DNA from: Planctomycetales bacterium
GTDB taxonomy: Bacteria > Omnitrophota > Gorgyraeia > Aquiviventales > Aquiviventaceae
Length of the DNA: 36,799 nucleotides
NCBI GenBank assembly: GCA_005239935.1
Contig: SBAZ01000152.1
Location: 1 to 36,799 of the forward strand
Direction of reading: 5' to 3'
Positions 8,165 through 17,831 of this stretch are shown here, one piece after another. A program made the position numbers and the translations under genes. A model generated the notes under the pieces. The model was not told the DNA's origin, made no database searches, and was given only the letters and a program-made list of their open reading frames with translations. Each line of letters opens with the position of its first letter. Within the stretch, counting starts at the first letter, position 1.

Positions 8165-9313
8165 TTACCGGCGCTGGTCGAGCGGGACGAACCGCAGGTC
8201 CCGCGGGCCCACGTAGCTGGCCAGCGGGCGGATGAGCCGGTTGTCGGAGGCCTGCTCGAGGATGTTCGCCGACCAGCCGGCCATGCGCGCGCAGGCGAAC
8301 ATCGCCGTGAAGAGCGGCGTCGGGATGTTGAGGTAGTGCAGCAGCGAGGCGGAGTAGAAGTCCACATTGATGTACAACTGCTTGGCCTGCCACACGGCTT
8401 CCTGCAACTTGGTGGAGATGTCGAACCATTTGAGGTCCTGGTGCGCCCGGCCCAATTGCTCGGCCAGCGCCCTGAGATGCTTCGCGCGCGGATCCGCCCC
8501 CTTGTACACACGGTGTCCGAACCCCATGAAGCGCTTGTGGTCCGCCAGGGTCTTCTGCACGTAGCCCACGACGTTGTCCGGCGTGCCGATCTCCTCCAAC
8601 ATCTCCATGGCCTTGCTGTTCGCAGCACCGTGGAGCGGGCCCTTCAGCGTGCCGATGGCGGCGGTGATCGCCGAGTAGTAGTCCGACTTCGTGCCCATCA
8701 CGGTGCGGGCTGCGAAGGTGGAGGCGTTCAGGCCGTGCTCGGCCAGCAGCACGAAATACGCGTCGAGGGCCTGGACCTCGAGGGCGTCCGCCTCCCGGCC
8801 GTGCAGCAGGTACAGGAAGGTCGCGGCTTGGCTCAAGCCGCGCTTCGGCGGCAGGGGCTCCTGCCCCGCCTCGAGCCTGGCGATGGTGGCCACGAGACTG
8901 ACTGTCTTCGCGATGACCCGGACGCTCTGCCGCCGCATGGTGTCCAGCTCGTCCGAATCCCCGTCAGGATCGTGGACGCCGAGGAGCGAGATGGCACTGC
9001 GCAGCCGGGCCATCGAGCTGCTGCGGCGCGGCAGGCTGCGCAGGAACGCCAGGATCTCCGGCTCGAGCGTGCGGTGGGCCTCCAGCTGCGTCGTCCAGTC
9101 GGCCAGCTGGCCGCGCGCGGGAAGGGCGCCGAAGAGCAAGAGGTAGCTGACTTCCTCATACGTCGTGCGGCCGACCAGTTCATCGATGTGGTAGCCCCGG
9201 TAGATCAGCTGACAGTTCTTGCCGTCGACCTCCGAAATCGTCGTTTCGGAGGCGATGACGCCTTCGAGCCCCTTGTGGACTTCCGGCTTGGCTGCGGCCT
9301 CCGGCGCGCTCAT
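8165..9313 (-). CDS. gltA: Citrate synthase (short type I; 2-methylcitrate synthase not excluded)
   Basis: GLEGV, LIYRGY, AEHGLNAST, GPLHGAAN, GFGHRVYK, DPRA and NVDFYS; lies between mdh and sucC. Confidence 0.9.
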   Translation of the reverse strand: MSAPEAAAKPEVHKGLEGVIASETTISEVDGKNCQLIYRGYHIDELVGRTTYEEVSYLLLFGALPARGQLADWTTQLEAHRTLEPEILAFLRSLPRRSSSMARLRSAISLLGVHDPDGDSDELDTMRRQSVRVIAKTVSLVATIARLEAGQEPLPPKRGLSQAATFLYLLHGREADALEVQALDAYFVLLAEHGLNASTFAARTVMGTKSDYYSAITAAIGTLKGPLHGAANSKAMEMLEEIGTPDNVVGYVQKTLADHKRFMGFGHRVYKGADPRAKHLRALAEQLGRAHQDLKWFDISTKLQEAVWQAKQLYINVDFYSASLLHYLNIPTPLFTAMFACARMAGWSANILEQASDNRLIRPLASYVGPRDLRFVPLDQRR

Positions 9314-10257
9314 GAGTCGGTCGGCTGCAGGGCGGCCAGGTGTCGGGTCATCTCGGTGATCTGCTTGGCGGCGGCCACCAGCGCCTCGCGCTCCCCGGTC
9401 GTCAACGTGACCTCCACCACGCGTTCCGCGCCTCCGCGGCCCAGTTGCACCGGGACGCCGAGGCAGACGTCGTCCAACCCATACTCCCCATCGAGCCGGA
9501 CGCAGACCGGCAACACGGCATGCGTGTCCTTCAAGATCGCCGTCGCCATGGTCACGACACTGCTCGCCGGCGCATAGAAGGCGCTGCCTGTCTTGAGCAA
9601 CCGCACCAGTTCGGCCCCGCCGTCGCGCGTGCGCTGGAACAGCTGCTCCAGTTCTGCATCGCTGATCACCGCCGTGACCGCTTTGTCCCCGACCCGGATG
9701 GAGCCGCGCACCGGGACCATGAGATCCCCGTGCGAGCCCAGGACCATCGCCTGCACCTCGGTGGGGGGGACGCGCAGCCGCTGGGCCACGAAGGTTTGCA
9801 GGCGGGCGCTGTCGAGCACCCCCGCCATGCCCAGCACGCGCTGGCGCGGGAAGCGCGTGCGCTGCAGGACCAGGGCCACCATGACATCGAGCGGGTTGGT
9901 CACGACGATGACGACGGCGTCGGCGGCGTCGAGGGCGATGCGGTCGGCGATCGGGCCGACGATCGCTGCGTTGGCCGCCAGGAGGTCCTCGCGCGACATC
10001 CCCGGTTTGCGCGGCAGCCCGGCGGTGACCACCACCAGCCGGCTCCCGCTGAGGGCCCCGAGGTCCGTGGTGCCGGCGAGGTGGCTGCGAAAACCCTCGA
10101 TCGGCGCGGACTGCAGCAGATCCAGCGCCTTGCCCTGGGCCAGCCCGTCGGCAATGTCAATGAGGGTGACGTCGGCGAGCCCTTTGAGGGCGAGCAGATG
10201 CGCCGTGGTGGCGCCGACCTGCCCGGCGCCGACGACGGAGACTTTCGGCAGGGACAT
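9310..10257 (-). CDS. mdh: Malate dehydrogenase (LDH-like)
   Basis: GAGQVG, TAGLPRKPGMSREDLL, VTNPLD, GMAGVLDSAR and LGSHGD. Confidence 0.95.
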   Translation of the reverse strand: MSLPKVSVVGAGQVGATTAHLLALKGLADVTLIDIADGLAQGKALDLLQSAPIEGFRSHLAGTTDLGALSGSRLVVVTAGLPRKPGMSREDLLAANAAIVGPIADRIALDAADAVVIVVTNPLDVMVALVLQRTRFPRQRVLGMAGVLDSARLQTFVAQRLRVPPTEVQAMVLGSHGDLMVPVRGSIRVGDKAVTAVISDAELEQLFQRTRDGGAELVRLLKTGSAFYAPASSVVTMATAILKDTHAVLPVCVRLDGEYGLDDVCLGVPVQLGRGGAERVVEVTLTTGEREALVAAAKQITEMTRHLAALQPTDS

Positions 10258-10293
10258 GCCCGAGGTCAGTGGACGAGGTGACGACTGGTCTGG

Positions 10294-10566
10294 CTACACG
10301 CGGATCCCCAGCACGACGAGTGCCGTGCCTGCCACGACCCACGCCAGCCAGGTCAGCGCGGCGAGCAACCAGCGCGTCCCCAGGGCGAGGCCGGAAAACC
10401 CGCCGACATACCACGCGCGCCAGTCTTCCGTGGGGTTCAGCCGAGCCCCGACGCGCGAGTGCGTGCGCCGCGCGCCGCGGATCCGGCCGGTCGCCACCAG
10501 GCACCCAACCAGGATCGACACGCCGCCGGTCAAGACCGCCACACTCTTGACCACTTCGGGAGTCAT
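10294..10566 (-). CDS. Small hypothetical membrane protein (2-3 TM)
   Basis: 90-aa ORF with hydrophobic segments filling the pfkB-mdh gap; TGc-TACACT upstream. Confidence 0.55.
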   Translation of the reverse strand: MTPEVVKSVAVLTGGVSILVGCLVATGRIRGARRTHSRVGARLNPTEDWRAWYVGGFSGLALGTRWLLAALTWLAWVVAGTALVVLGIRV

Positions 10567-10640
10567 CGCAGACGAGAATCGTCGTGCGGCGTCAGTGTAG
10601 CAAAGGCACGCAACCCGCGCAACGTTTCCTCCCCGACCCC

Positions 10641-11579
10641 CTAGACGATCCGGGTCAGGCGCACCCGGGGACGCAGGCGCTGGACGTCTCCCCGATGGCA
10701 CAGCGTCGTCCCTGGCGTCATGGCGGCGGCAGCCCCGCACGCCACGGCGAGCCGCAGCGCCTCGGGCAGTCCGAGGTCCCGCGCGCACCCTGTCAGGAAG
10801 CCGCCCACGAACGAATCCCCGGCGCCCACCGCCGAGCGCACCCGCACGCGCGGCGGCACGGCCTGCCAGACGGCGCGCGGCACCCCGTGCGCCATGAGCG
10901 CGCCCTGGGCCCCGAGGGACAGGAGCACGACTTCCGGGCCCCGCGCGCGCAGCTGCTGCGCGGCCACCACCGCATCGGTCAGTGAACGGATCCGGCGGCC
11001 CAGCACCTCCTCGGCCTCCTGCCGATTCGGTTTCACCGCCCACGGGCGTGCCTGCAGGGCTTCGCGCAAGGCCCGGCCGGAGGTGTCCACCAGCACCCGC
11101 ACCCGGCGCCGCCGGAGGGTGCTTGTCCAGCGCCGATAGAGCGCGGCCGAGACGCCCTGCGGCAGGCTGCCGCACAGCGCCACGGCCTGCGGCGGCGGCC
11201 GCTGCCGGCACAGCGCGCGCAGCAACGCGCTGAGGGCGGCGGGCGGTACCCGCGGACCTGCCGTGTTGATTTCCGTCAGCGCCTGGGGACGGCGCGTGAT
11301 CAGCTTATAGTTGTTTCGCGTGGCCCCGGCAGCCTCCACGTAGTGGTGCCGCACGCCCATTTGCCGCAGGTGGTGGCGCAGGATGGCGCCGTCGCTGCCG
11401 CCCGCGCAGAGGTAGGCGATCGTGGCGTGGCCCAGCTCATGCGCCACGCGGGACACGTTGAGACCCTTGCCGCCCGGGTACCGGACGAACTGGGTGGCGC
11501 GGTTGAGCGCGCCGAGCCGCAGGGCCGGCAGCTCCACCCATTCGTCCAACGACGGGTTGAGCGTCACCGTCGCGATCAT
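10641..11579 (-). CDS. pfkB: 1-phosphofructokinase-family (PfkB) sugar kinase
   Basis: TVTLNPSLD, PGGKGLNVS, CGSLP, KPNRQE and SAVGAGDSF. Confidence 0.93.
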   Translation of the reverse strand: MIATVTLNPSLDEWVELPALRLGALNRATQFVRYPGGKGLNVSRVAHELGHATIAYLCAGGSDGAILRHHLRQMGVRHHYVEAAGATRNNYKLITRRPQALTEINTAGPRVPPAALSALLRALCRQRPPPQAVALCGSLPQGVSAALYRRWTSTLRRRRVRVLVDTSGRALREALQARPWAVKPNRQEAEEVLGRRIRSLTDAVVAAQQLRARGPEVVLLSLGAQGALMAHGVPRAVWQAVPPRVRVRSAVGAGDSFVGGFLTGCARDLGLPEALRLAVACGAAAAMTPGTTLCHRGDVQRLRPRVRLTRIV

Positions 11580-11722
11580 CCCACCACCTGCCGCGCGCAG
11601 CGGCCACAGGAGATCTCCACCCGGGCCGCTGCGGGCGCGGCGGGTGGGTGAACAGTGAATGCAGAGGCTAACGCGCCGCGCATCCCGCCGGTCGGCGGGA
11701 TGGGCGCAGGTGGTGGGATCAT
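11576..11722 (-). mobile_element. ATGA-flanked palindromic element E2 with a 48-aa bridging ORF (glgA|pfkB)
   Basis: ATGA-TCCCACCACCTGC...GCAGGTGGTGGG-ATGA. ORF MIPPPAPIPPTGG...RCARQVVG*. Confidence 0.75.
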
Positions 11723-13194
11723 GGCGCCACGGCCTGCCGGGTCCGTGCCTGCTCGTACACCCGGGCGTAGGCGCCGGCCGCCTGCGTCCAGGAGAAGTCG
11801 CGGGTCATCCCGTGGTGCATCAGGCGACGCCACCTCGCGGGCCTTGCAAACGCCGCGGTCGCCCGCGCGACTGCGGCCACCAGCGCCACCGGCGTGTAGG
11901 CGTCGAACACGATCCCCGTCGCGGTGCCTGCGTCCAGCGTGGCCGGGGTGAGATCAACGACCGTGTCCGCCAGCCCGCCGACGCGCCGCACGATGGGCAC
12001 CGTCCCATAGCGCATGCTGTACATCTGGTTGAGGCCGCACGGCTCAAAGCGTGAGGGCATCAGGAAGGCATCCGCCCCGGCCTCGATCTGATGCGCCAAC
12101 GCCTCATCGAAGCCGAGGCGCACCGCCACTCGATCCGGATGATGCCGGGCAGCCGCCTGCAACTGCGCCTCGTAGGACGCCGCGCCGCTGCCGAGCACGA
12201 CCAATTGGACCGGCACCGCCATCAGCTCCGCGAGGGCGGCCAGGAGCAGGTCGACGCCCTTCTGCTCGACGAGCCGCTGCACCATCCCGATGAGCAGATC
12301 CGGCCGCTCCGGCAAGCCTAGCTCGTGCTGGAGGGCGCGCTTGCACGCGGCCTTGCCGGCCGGGTCCTCGGCGGCATACCGCGCGGCCAGGTGCGAATCC
12401 GTCGCAGGATTCCAGACGTCGACGTCGATGCCATTCAAGATGCCGGTGAGGTCTTCGGCTCGCCGACGCAGCACGGCGTCCAACCCGCAGCCAAATTCCG
12501 CCGTCTGGATCTCCCGCGCGTAGGTCGGACTCACGGTCGTCAGGCGATCCGCGCTCAGGAGTCCACCTTTCAGGCAGTTCACCTGGCCGCGAAATCCCAC
12601 CCCTCCCTGCCCACGCGCGGCGGAGGGCAGCCCGGTCTGCGCGCCCTGTGCGGCGGGAAAGAGGCCCTGGTAGGCCAGGTTGTGCACGGTCAGGACGGTG
12701 GGCATGCCCTGCCAGGCGGGCATGGATCGAGCCTCGCCCCAGGCCAGATGCGCACAGACCAGGGCTGCGTGCCAGTCGTGCGCGTGCACCACATCCGGAC
12801 GCCAGTCCAGGTGCGGCATCGCGGCCAGTACTGCGCGGCAGAACAGGCTGAACCGGGCCAGGTTGTCCGGATAGTCGGTGCCGCGCGCAGGATCCTGGTA
12901 GAGGCCGTCGCGGTCAAACGCCTCCGGAGCGTCGAGCGCGTGGACGATGACCTCAGTGCCCGGCAGCAGTCCTGACCAGACGCGCACGCGCACGTCCTGC
13001 GCCCCGAACGGCGCCGTGACGACGATTTCCGTGCGGGCGAGCCCCTGGCGCGACAGACTGCGGTACGCCGGCACCAGGACGCGGACGGCATGGCCCTGGG
13101 CCGCCAGGGCCTTGCTCAGGGCCCCGGTGACATCCCCGAGCCCGCCGGTCTTGATCAGCGGGGCGAGTTCAGACGCTACGTGGAGGACGTTCAC
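11719..13194 (-). CDS. glgA: Glycogen synthase (GT5)
   Basis: KTGGLGDV, HAHDWH, TVHNLAYQG and MPSRFEPCGLNQ. Confidence 0.96.
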   Translation of the reverse strand: MNVLHVASELAPLIKTGGLGDVTGALSKALAAQGHAVRVLVPAYRSLSRQGLARTEIVVTAPFGAQDVRVRVWSGLLPGTEVIVHALDAPEAFDRDGLYQDPARGTDYPDNLARFSLFCRAVLAAMPHLDWRPDVVHAHDWHAALVCAHLAWGEARSMPAWQGMPTVLTVHNLAYQGLFPAAQGAQTGLPSAARGQGGVGFRGQVNCLKGGLLSADRLTTVSPTYAREIQTAEFGCGLDAVLRRRAEDLTGILNGIDVDVWNPATDSHLAARYAAEDPAGKAACKRALQHELGLPERPDLLIGMVQRLVEQKGVDLLLAALAELMAVPVQLVVLGSGAASYEAQLQAAARHHPDRVAVRLGFDEALAHQIEAGADAFLMPSRFEPCGLNQMYSMRYGTVPIVRRVGGLADTVVDLTPATLDAGTATGIVFDAYTPVALVAAVARATAAFARPARWRRLMHHGMTRDFSWTQAAGAYARVYEQARTRQAVAP

Positions 13195-13233
13195 GGGAGA
13201 ACGAGCGGCCGTGCGGCGGTGCGGCGGTGCGGC

Positions 13234-14829
13234 TCACGCGCCGGAAGGCGCGTAGACACGGTAGTCCAGGAAGGGGAAACAGTTGTCCGTTGTTTCGAGA
13301 CTTGTCAGCCAGCCATCCTCGAGGCGCTGGGCCTGTAACCCGTCATGGAGACGGTTGAACCGCGCCACATGGTCCTGGATCCGGCGGTACGCGTACCCGG
13401 TGTGGGTGCCGGTCTTCAGGATGAAGGGCCAGTCCGAGGCTTGGGCCAGCAGAAGCTCCCGCGCCATCTGGTTGAGGGTCCGCCGCTGCAGGGCATTGGG
13501 CTGGGGGAACTGCCGGGCCGCGGCGACCATCCGGTCCGCCAGGGTGTGCACGTGGCGGTAGATCCAATCATTGGCGCCGTTGAGCCAGACCTCGCTGTAG
13601 CCGTTGTAGCCCCAGCTGGAGAGGGAGGGCACCAGGCGCTGGTTGACGGGATAGTGGCGGAGGTAGTCGGACGGGGCGATCAACTCGATCGTCTGCTGAT
13701 CGACATGGGCCTTCCGGATGAGAAACTCCAGCCACTCCGGCCCCTCGAACCACCAGTGGCCGAAGAGCTCGGCGTCGTACGGGCTGATGATGATCGGCGC
13801 GCGGTCCATGACGGTCCGCAGGAACCCCACTTGCTGCTCGCGGTTGAAGAGGAAATTGCCGGCATGCGCGGCCGCCTGCTCCAGCGCCCGGTCCGGATCG
13901 TAGGGCTGTTTGTCATCGGTCTTGCCGGTAATCCGGTAGTACTTGATGCCCGTATTCGTGCGCTGGCCGTCGCCGTTGAGGTAGGGCCGCACGTAGTCGT
14001 GGTCGAGGTCGTAGCCGATATCCCGATAGAACTCGCGGTACAGGAAATCGCCGGGGTAGCCTTCCTCCGCGCTCCAGACGCTCTTCGACGACTCGAGGTC
14101 GCGTCCGAACGCCGCGACGCCGCTCGGACAGATGGCCGGCGCATAGACGCCGTACTTCGGCCGCGGCGACCCGAACAGGAGGCCGTGCGCGTCCGTCAGG
14201 AAGTAGCGGATGCCGAATGCCTTGAGGAACGCATCGTGCCCCGGCTGGTAGCCGCACTCCGGCAGCCAGAAGCCCTCCGGGCGCCGCCCGAAGGCGTGCT
14301 CGAAGGCCTGCACCCCAACCGCGATCTGCGCGCGCACCGCCGTCGGATTGATCTCGAGGAGCGGCAGGAACCCGTGCGTCGCGCAGGAGGCAATGGGCTC
14401 CAGGCTGCCCTGCTCCGCCAGGGCGCGAAAGGCGCCGATGAGGTCCTGCCGGTAGCCGTCCGTGTAGCGCTGCCGCGCCGTCGTCAGGCGGTGATGGTAG
14501 AAGTACGCCAGCCGATGGAACGGCGGCTGCCAGCGCGTGCGCTCGATTTCCTTGCCCGCGAGCTCAATGAGCCCGTCGAGGTGCCGCAGGTAGCGCGCCT
14601 GCAGGAGGGGATCGGCCAGCATCGCCAGCAGCGTCGGGGTAAACGACATCGTGATGCGGAACGGAACCCGGTCGTTCACCAGGCGCTCGAACCGCTCGAG
14701 GAGCGGGAGATACGTTTCGGTGATGGCCTCGAAGAGCCACCGCTCCTCGAGGAACGACTCGTGCTCCGGGTGGCGCACGAACGGCAGGTGCGTGTGCAGG
14801 ACGAGCGCGAGGAAACCCTGGCGCGTCAT
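13234..14829 (-). CDS. GH57 1,4-alpha-glucan branching enzyme-like protein (DUF1957 domain)
   Basis: LHTHLPFVRHPE, EAITETYLPL, FWLPECGY, YDAELFGHWWFEG and LAQASDWPF. Confidence 0.93.
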   Translation of the reverse strand: MTRQGFLALVLHTHLPFVRHPEHESFLEERWLFEAITETYLPLLERFERLVNDRVPFRITMSFTPTLLAMLADPLLQARYLRHLDGLIELAGKEIERTRWQPPFHRLAYFYHHRLTTARQRYTDGYRQDLIGAFRALAEQGSLEPIASCATHGFLPLLEINPTAVRAQIAVGVQAFEHAFGRRPEGFWLPECGYQPGHDAFLKAFGIRYFLTDAHGLLFGSPRPKYGVYAPAICPSGVAAFGRDLESSKSVWSAEEGYPGDFLYREFYRDIGYDLDHDYVRPYLNGDGQRTNTGIKYYRITGKTDDKQPYDPDRALEQAAAHAGNFLFNREQQVGFLRTVMDRAPIIISPYDAELFGHWWFEGPEWLEFLIRKAHVDQQTIELIAPSDYLRHYPVNQRLVPSLSSWGYNGYSEVWLNGANDWIYRHVHTLADRMVAAARQFPQPNALQRRTLNQMARELLLAQASDWPFILKTGTHTGYAYRRIQDHVARFNRLHDGLQAQRLEDGWLTSLETTDNCFPFLDYRVYAPSGA

Positions 14830-14975
14830 CCCCCCACCCGCTGATGTCCCGCCCACGGGCGGGACGCGCGGCGGGATACAGCCGCGCGTGTCCAATCCCT
14901 CCGCCCGCCGCGCACGCAACGGCCCCCTCGGCCCTTCACCATGGTGCCGTTGCGGACAGCTGGTGGGGGGATCAT
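14826..14975 (-). mobile_element. ATGA-flanked palindromic element E3 with a 49-aa bridging ORF (DUF4912|GH57)
   Basis: ATGA-TCCCCCCACCAGCTG...CAGCGGGTGGGGGG-ATGA. ORF MIPPPAVRNGTMVKGRGG...AGHQRVGG*, translated by hand. Confidence 0.7.
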
Positions 14976-16240
14976 CCCACAATGCCCTGTGAGGACTCCG
15001 GCGAGGGGGTCGCCGGAGGAGACGTCGGCGGGCGCTCCGGCCTCTCCGCGCGGCGCAGCGTGACCACGGGCGCCAGGGCCCGCGTCTGGCGGCCATCGGG
15101 GGTCGTCACGGTGACCGTAATCGTCTGCGTGCCCTCAGGCAGCGCCAGACGGACATCAAACGTGCCGTCCTTGCGGACGGGGACCGGCTGGTCCTGAATC
15201 GTCACCACGGCTTTCGGGTCGGTCGCGCCGTAGACGATGAGATCGGTATCCAGCCGGAACCAGAGTCCTTTCACGGCCCGGCCCGAGCCGCGCGCCAGGG
15301 CCAGCGATGACCAGCCGCCGGTCAGCGCCTGGCCGAGCCACGCGCCGGGACTGGAGCCCACCCGCAGCGCGCCGAGGGTCGCGCCGAAGAGCGCCTCGAA
15401 GGCCTCATCCGACGCCACCCACTCTTCATCAATGACCGCTGAGGGCCCCGCGCGCGGCGTCGTCACCCGGTTGGAGCGCGCCAGGAGCAGAAAGCGCCCG
15501 CCCGCGGTGAGCAGGCCGATGTCGACCTGAAAGGTGCGGTTGGGGGCGTTGGTGTGGATGTACCAGTTGTTGGCCAGCCCGGAGAGCGGAATATCCATCC
15601 ACTGCCACGAGGGCTCCCCTGGGAAGTCGCGGTCCGTCACATCATGCACCCGCAGGACGGTGCGCAGGCCAGGCACTTCCTCGGGCCGCAGCTGTCCGCG
15701 CGCGGCCCGCTCGGTGTCCTGGCGCAGGTCCCAATAGGCGAAGATCCACCATGGATCGCGCACCATGAGGACCAGCCGGTCCACGTCGTAGCCGGTCGGC
15801 AACAGGGACGGCTCCTGCGGGGACGGGTGCGGGGTCCATGCGGACCCAGCGGTGGTAGCCGTGGGCGGGGCGGCCCGCGTCGGCGTGGGTGTCTCGACGT
15901 CCGGCCTCACAGCTGGCGCCGAGACGATGCGCGACCGGTGACGCCGCTCGACCGCTCGCGGCGGAGCCAGCCGCCGTGCGGCCGTGGTCGGCCGTCTGGC
16001 GGGCCGCTGCACCCGGGCGCGCCGGGGAATGGGCGACGCACCCCGAGGGGCGGCGCTCGGCCGAACCGGACGACGTCGCGAGGCGGCGCGCTGCACGGCG
16101 CGCAGGACGGTCTTGGCGCGGGCGGTCAGACCAGCAACGAGCGGGGAGGGCTTACGGGCCGTGCGCGAGCGCGAGAACGTTCGGCGCCGCGGGCGCGGCG
16201 TCGATGAACTGGAACGCTGGGTTGTGGCCCTGCGTGCCAT
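14972..16240 (-). CDS. DUF4912-domain protein with an Arg-rich disordered N-terminus
   Basis: LVLMVRDPWWIFAYWDL, LRVHDVT, WYI and ARSNRVTTPR, plus C-terminal DLIVYGATDP. This is the usual neighbour of GH57/DUF1957 genes. A TATAAT lies at 16296-16291. Confidence 0.85.
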   Translation of the reverse strand: MARRATTQRSSSSTPRPRRRTFSRSRTARKPSPLVAGLTARAKTVLRAVQRAASRRRPVRPSAAPRGASPIPRRARVQRPARRPTTAARRLAPPRAVERRHRSRIVSAPAVRPDVETPTPTRAAPPTATTAGSAWTPHPSPQEPSLLPTGYDVDRLVLMVRDPWWIFAYWDLRQDTERAARGQLRPEEVPGLRTVLRVHDVTDRDFPGEPSWQWMDIPLSGLANNWYIHTNAPNRTFQVDIGLLTAGGRFLLLARSNRVTTPRAGPSAVIDEEWVASDEAFEALFGATLGALRVGSSPGAWLGQALTGGWSSLALARGSGRAVKGLWFRLDTDLIVYGATDPKAVVTIQDQPVPVRKDGTFDVRLALPEGTQTITVTVTTPDGRQTRALAPVVTLRRAERPERPPTSPPATPSPESSQGIVG

Positions 16241-16338
16241 GAGCGGCTCCTAACCGGCGAGACGTCCCCCTGCGGAATCACGACGCGCCCATTATAGGCC
16301 CGTTTCGTACACGGCGCCAAGCCCAAAACGTCCTCCGC

Positions 16339-17559
16339 TCAGGGCCGCCGCGTGATCAGCGCGTAGAGGGCCTGGCGATGCCTCGAGGAAGTGAGATGCA
16401 GCCCGGCAATCACGAGGTACCCGATCGCCAGCCACACCCGAACCTGCGGCGTCGGGAACACGAACTGCAGCACAAACAGCCCCAGCAGCAGCCAGGCCTC
16501 GCCGAGCCCGAAGGAGAGGTTGGCCAGCACGACAAGCGCCAGCAGCGACTGCCCCGCGGTCAGAAAAATCTCTTCCGCCTGCCGGTCGTCGAGCTGCATC
16601 GCGTGCAGGAAGCCCCCGGAGAGGCAGTAGACCAACGGCAGCAACCCCACGAGGAGCGTCCACTGGTTGACCTTCGAGGAAATGAGGGTCCCCAGCCCGG
16701 CGGTGGGGTTGTGGCGCAGGGCAAAAATGATCGCCAGGATGAACTCCGGCGATTCGGAGGCGAGCGGCGCGAGCCACTGGATGAGGATGAACTCCTCAAT
16801 GCCCAGCCGCCTCGCGTTGTGCAAGAGGCCGTCCGCGAAGGGCTCAGCCGCGATAAAGATCGCGTACGCCGGCAGCAGGAAGAGCGCGACCGTCACCGCC
16901 CGGCGCCAGGGGCGCGGCAGCAAGCCGAGTCGCTCGGCCGGCCCGGCCAGCCCGGGTTCTTCCACGTGCCCGGCGCTGGCCTTGCGGATGTACCAGATGA
17001 ACAAGCCCACGAACACGACGGTGTCCACGAGCGACACCGTGCGCTTGAGCGGCAGGAGGAACGCGTAGACGGTCGCCAGCAGCAGGGTGAAGAGCTCGAG
17101 GCGCTGGGCCGGCTGCACCTGGATCGTCCGGCGGCGGGAGCGGAGCCAGTAGGCCAGCAGTACGGTGGACCAGCCCATCCCGATGAGGAGCCGGTTCGCG
17201 CCGGTCATGTTGGCCATGGCGAAGGCGGTGTAGGCCGGCTCCCGGGCAGCCTTCCAGGCCAGGTACATATCCACCGCGTACTCCGGCAGGACGGCAACGA
17301 GGGCGAGAAAGGCCAGCGCGAGGGCTTGGGAGATTTCGAGCTGGGCGAGTTCGGCGGCCCACGAGAGCAGTGCGGCCGCCCCCAAGATGGCCAGTCCTGG
17401 CAGGAGCGTGGCGGCGACCGGGCCCAGGGACAAGCGCAGCACGGCATGGAGCCCGATCCACTGGAAGCACAGCCCGAGGGCCGCGAGCAGCAGCGCGTAG
17501 TCGCGCGCGAGGGCCAACCGGGATGTGCGCGCCGGACTCGGCGGCGGGGCGGAGGTCAC
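16339..17559 (-). CDS. CaCA-family Na+(H+)/Ca2+ antiporter (start uncertain)
   Basis: Alpha repeats AVLPEYAV...ANMTGANRLL and ASESPEF...ISSKVNQWTLL; about 11 TM segments. Confidence 0.85.
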   Translation of the reverse strand: MTSAPPPSPARTSRLALARDYALLLAALGLCFQWIGLHAVLRLSLGPVAATLLPGLAILGAAALLSWAAELAQLEISQALALAFLALVAVLPEYAVDMYLAWKAAREPAYTAFAMANMTGANRLLIGMGWSTVLLAYWLRSRRRTIQVQPAQRLELFTLLLATVYAFLLPLKRTVSLVDTVVFVGLFIWYIRKASAGHVEEPGLAGPAERLGLLPRPWRRAVTVALFLLPAYAIFIAAEPFADGLLHNARRLGIEEFILIQWLAPLASESPEFILAIIFALRHNPTAGLGTLISSKVNQWTLLVGLLPLVYCLSGGFLHAMQLDDRQAEEIFLTAGQSLLALVVLANLSFGLGEAWLLLGLFVLQFVFPTPQVRVWLAIGYLVIAGLHLTSSRHRQALYALITRRP

Positions 17560-17578
17560 GGCGCGGGGCGCGTGAGGG

Positions 17579-17821
17579 TCAGCCGCTGACGACGTCGCCG
17601 ACGACCGGCTCAACCTTCACGCCCTTCTTCTCGAGAAACGCGATCGCGTGCTTCAGGCTCTCCTCCGGACCTTCCAGCTCAAGCGTGACTTCCCCGACGC
17701 TCTCAGTCACCTTGGCCCGTCGGATATTCGGGATGACGTCATGCTCCTTGGCCATCATGTAGATGACCGGCTCCTTGATCAGGTGCTGCGGGAAGATCAA
17801 CGTGACCTGCTTGCGCGCCAT
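17579..17821 (-). CDS. Stand-alone NIL-domain protein
   Basis: LIFPQHLIKEPVIY...PNIRRAKV...GEVTLELEG; GGAGG SD. Confidence 0.85.
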   Translation of the reverse strand: MARKQVTLIFPQHLIKEPVIYMMAKEHDVIPNIRRAKVTESVGEVTLELEGPEESLKHAIAFLEKKGVKVEPVVGDVVSG

Positions 17822-17831
17822 GACCCCTCCG

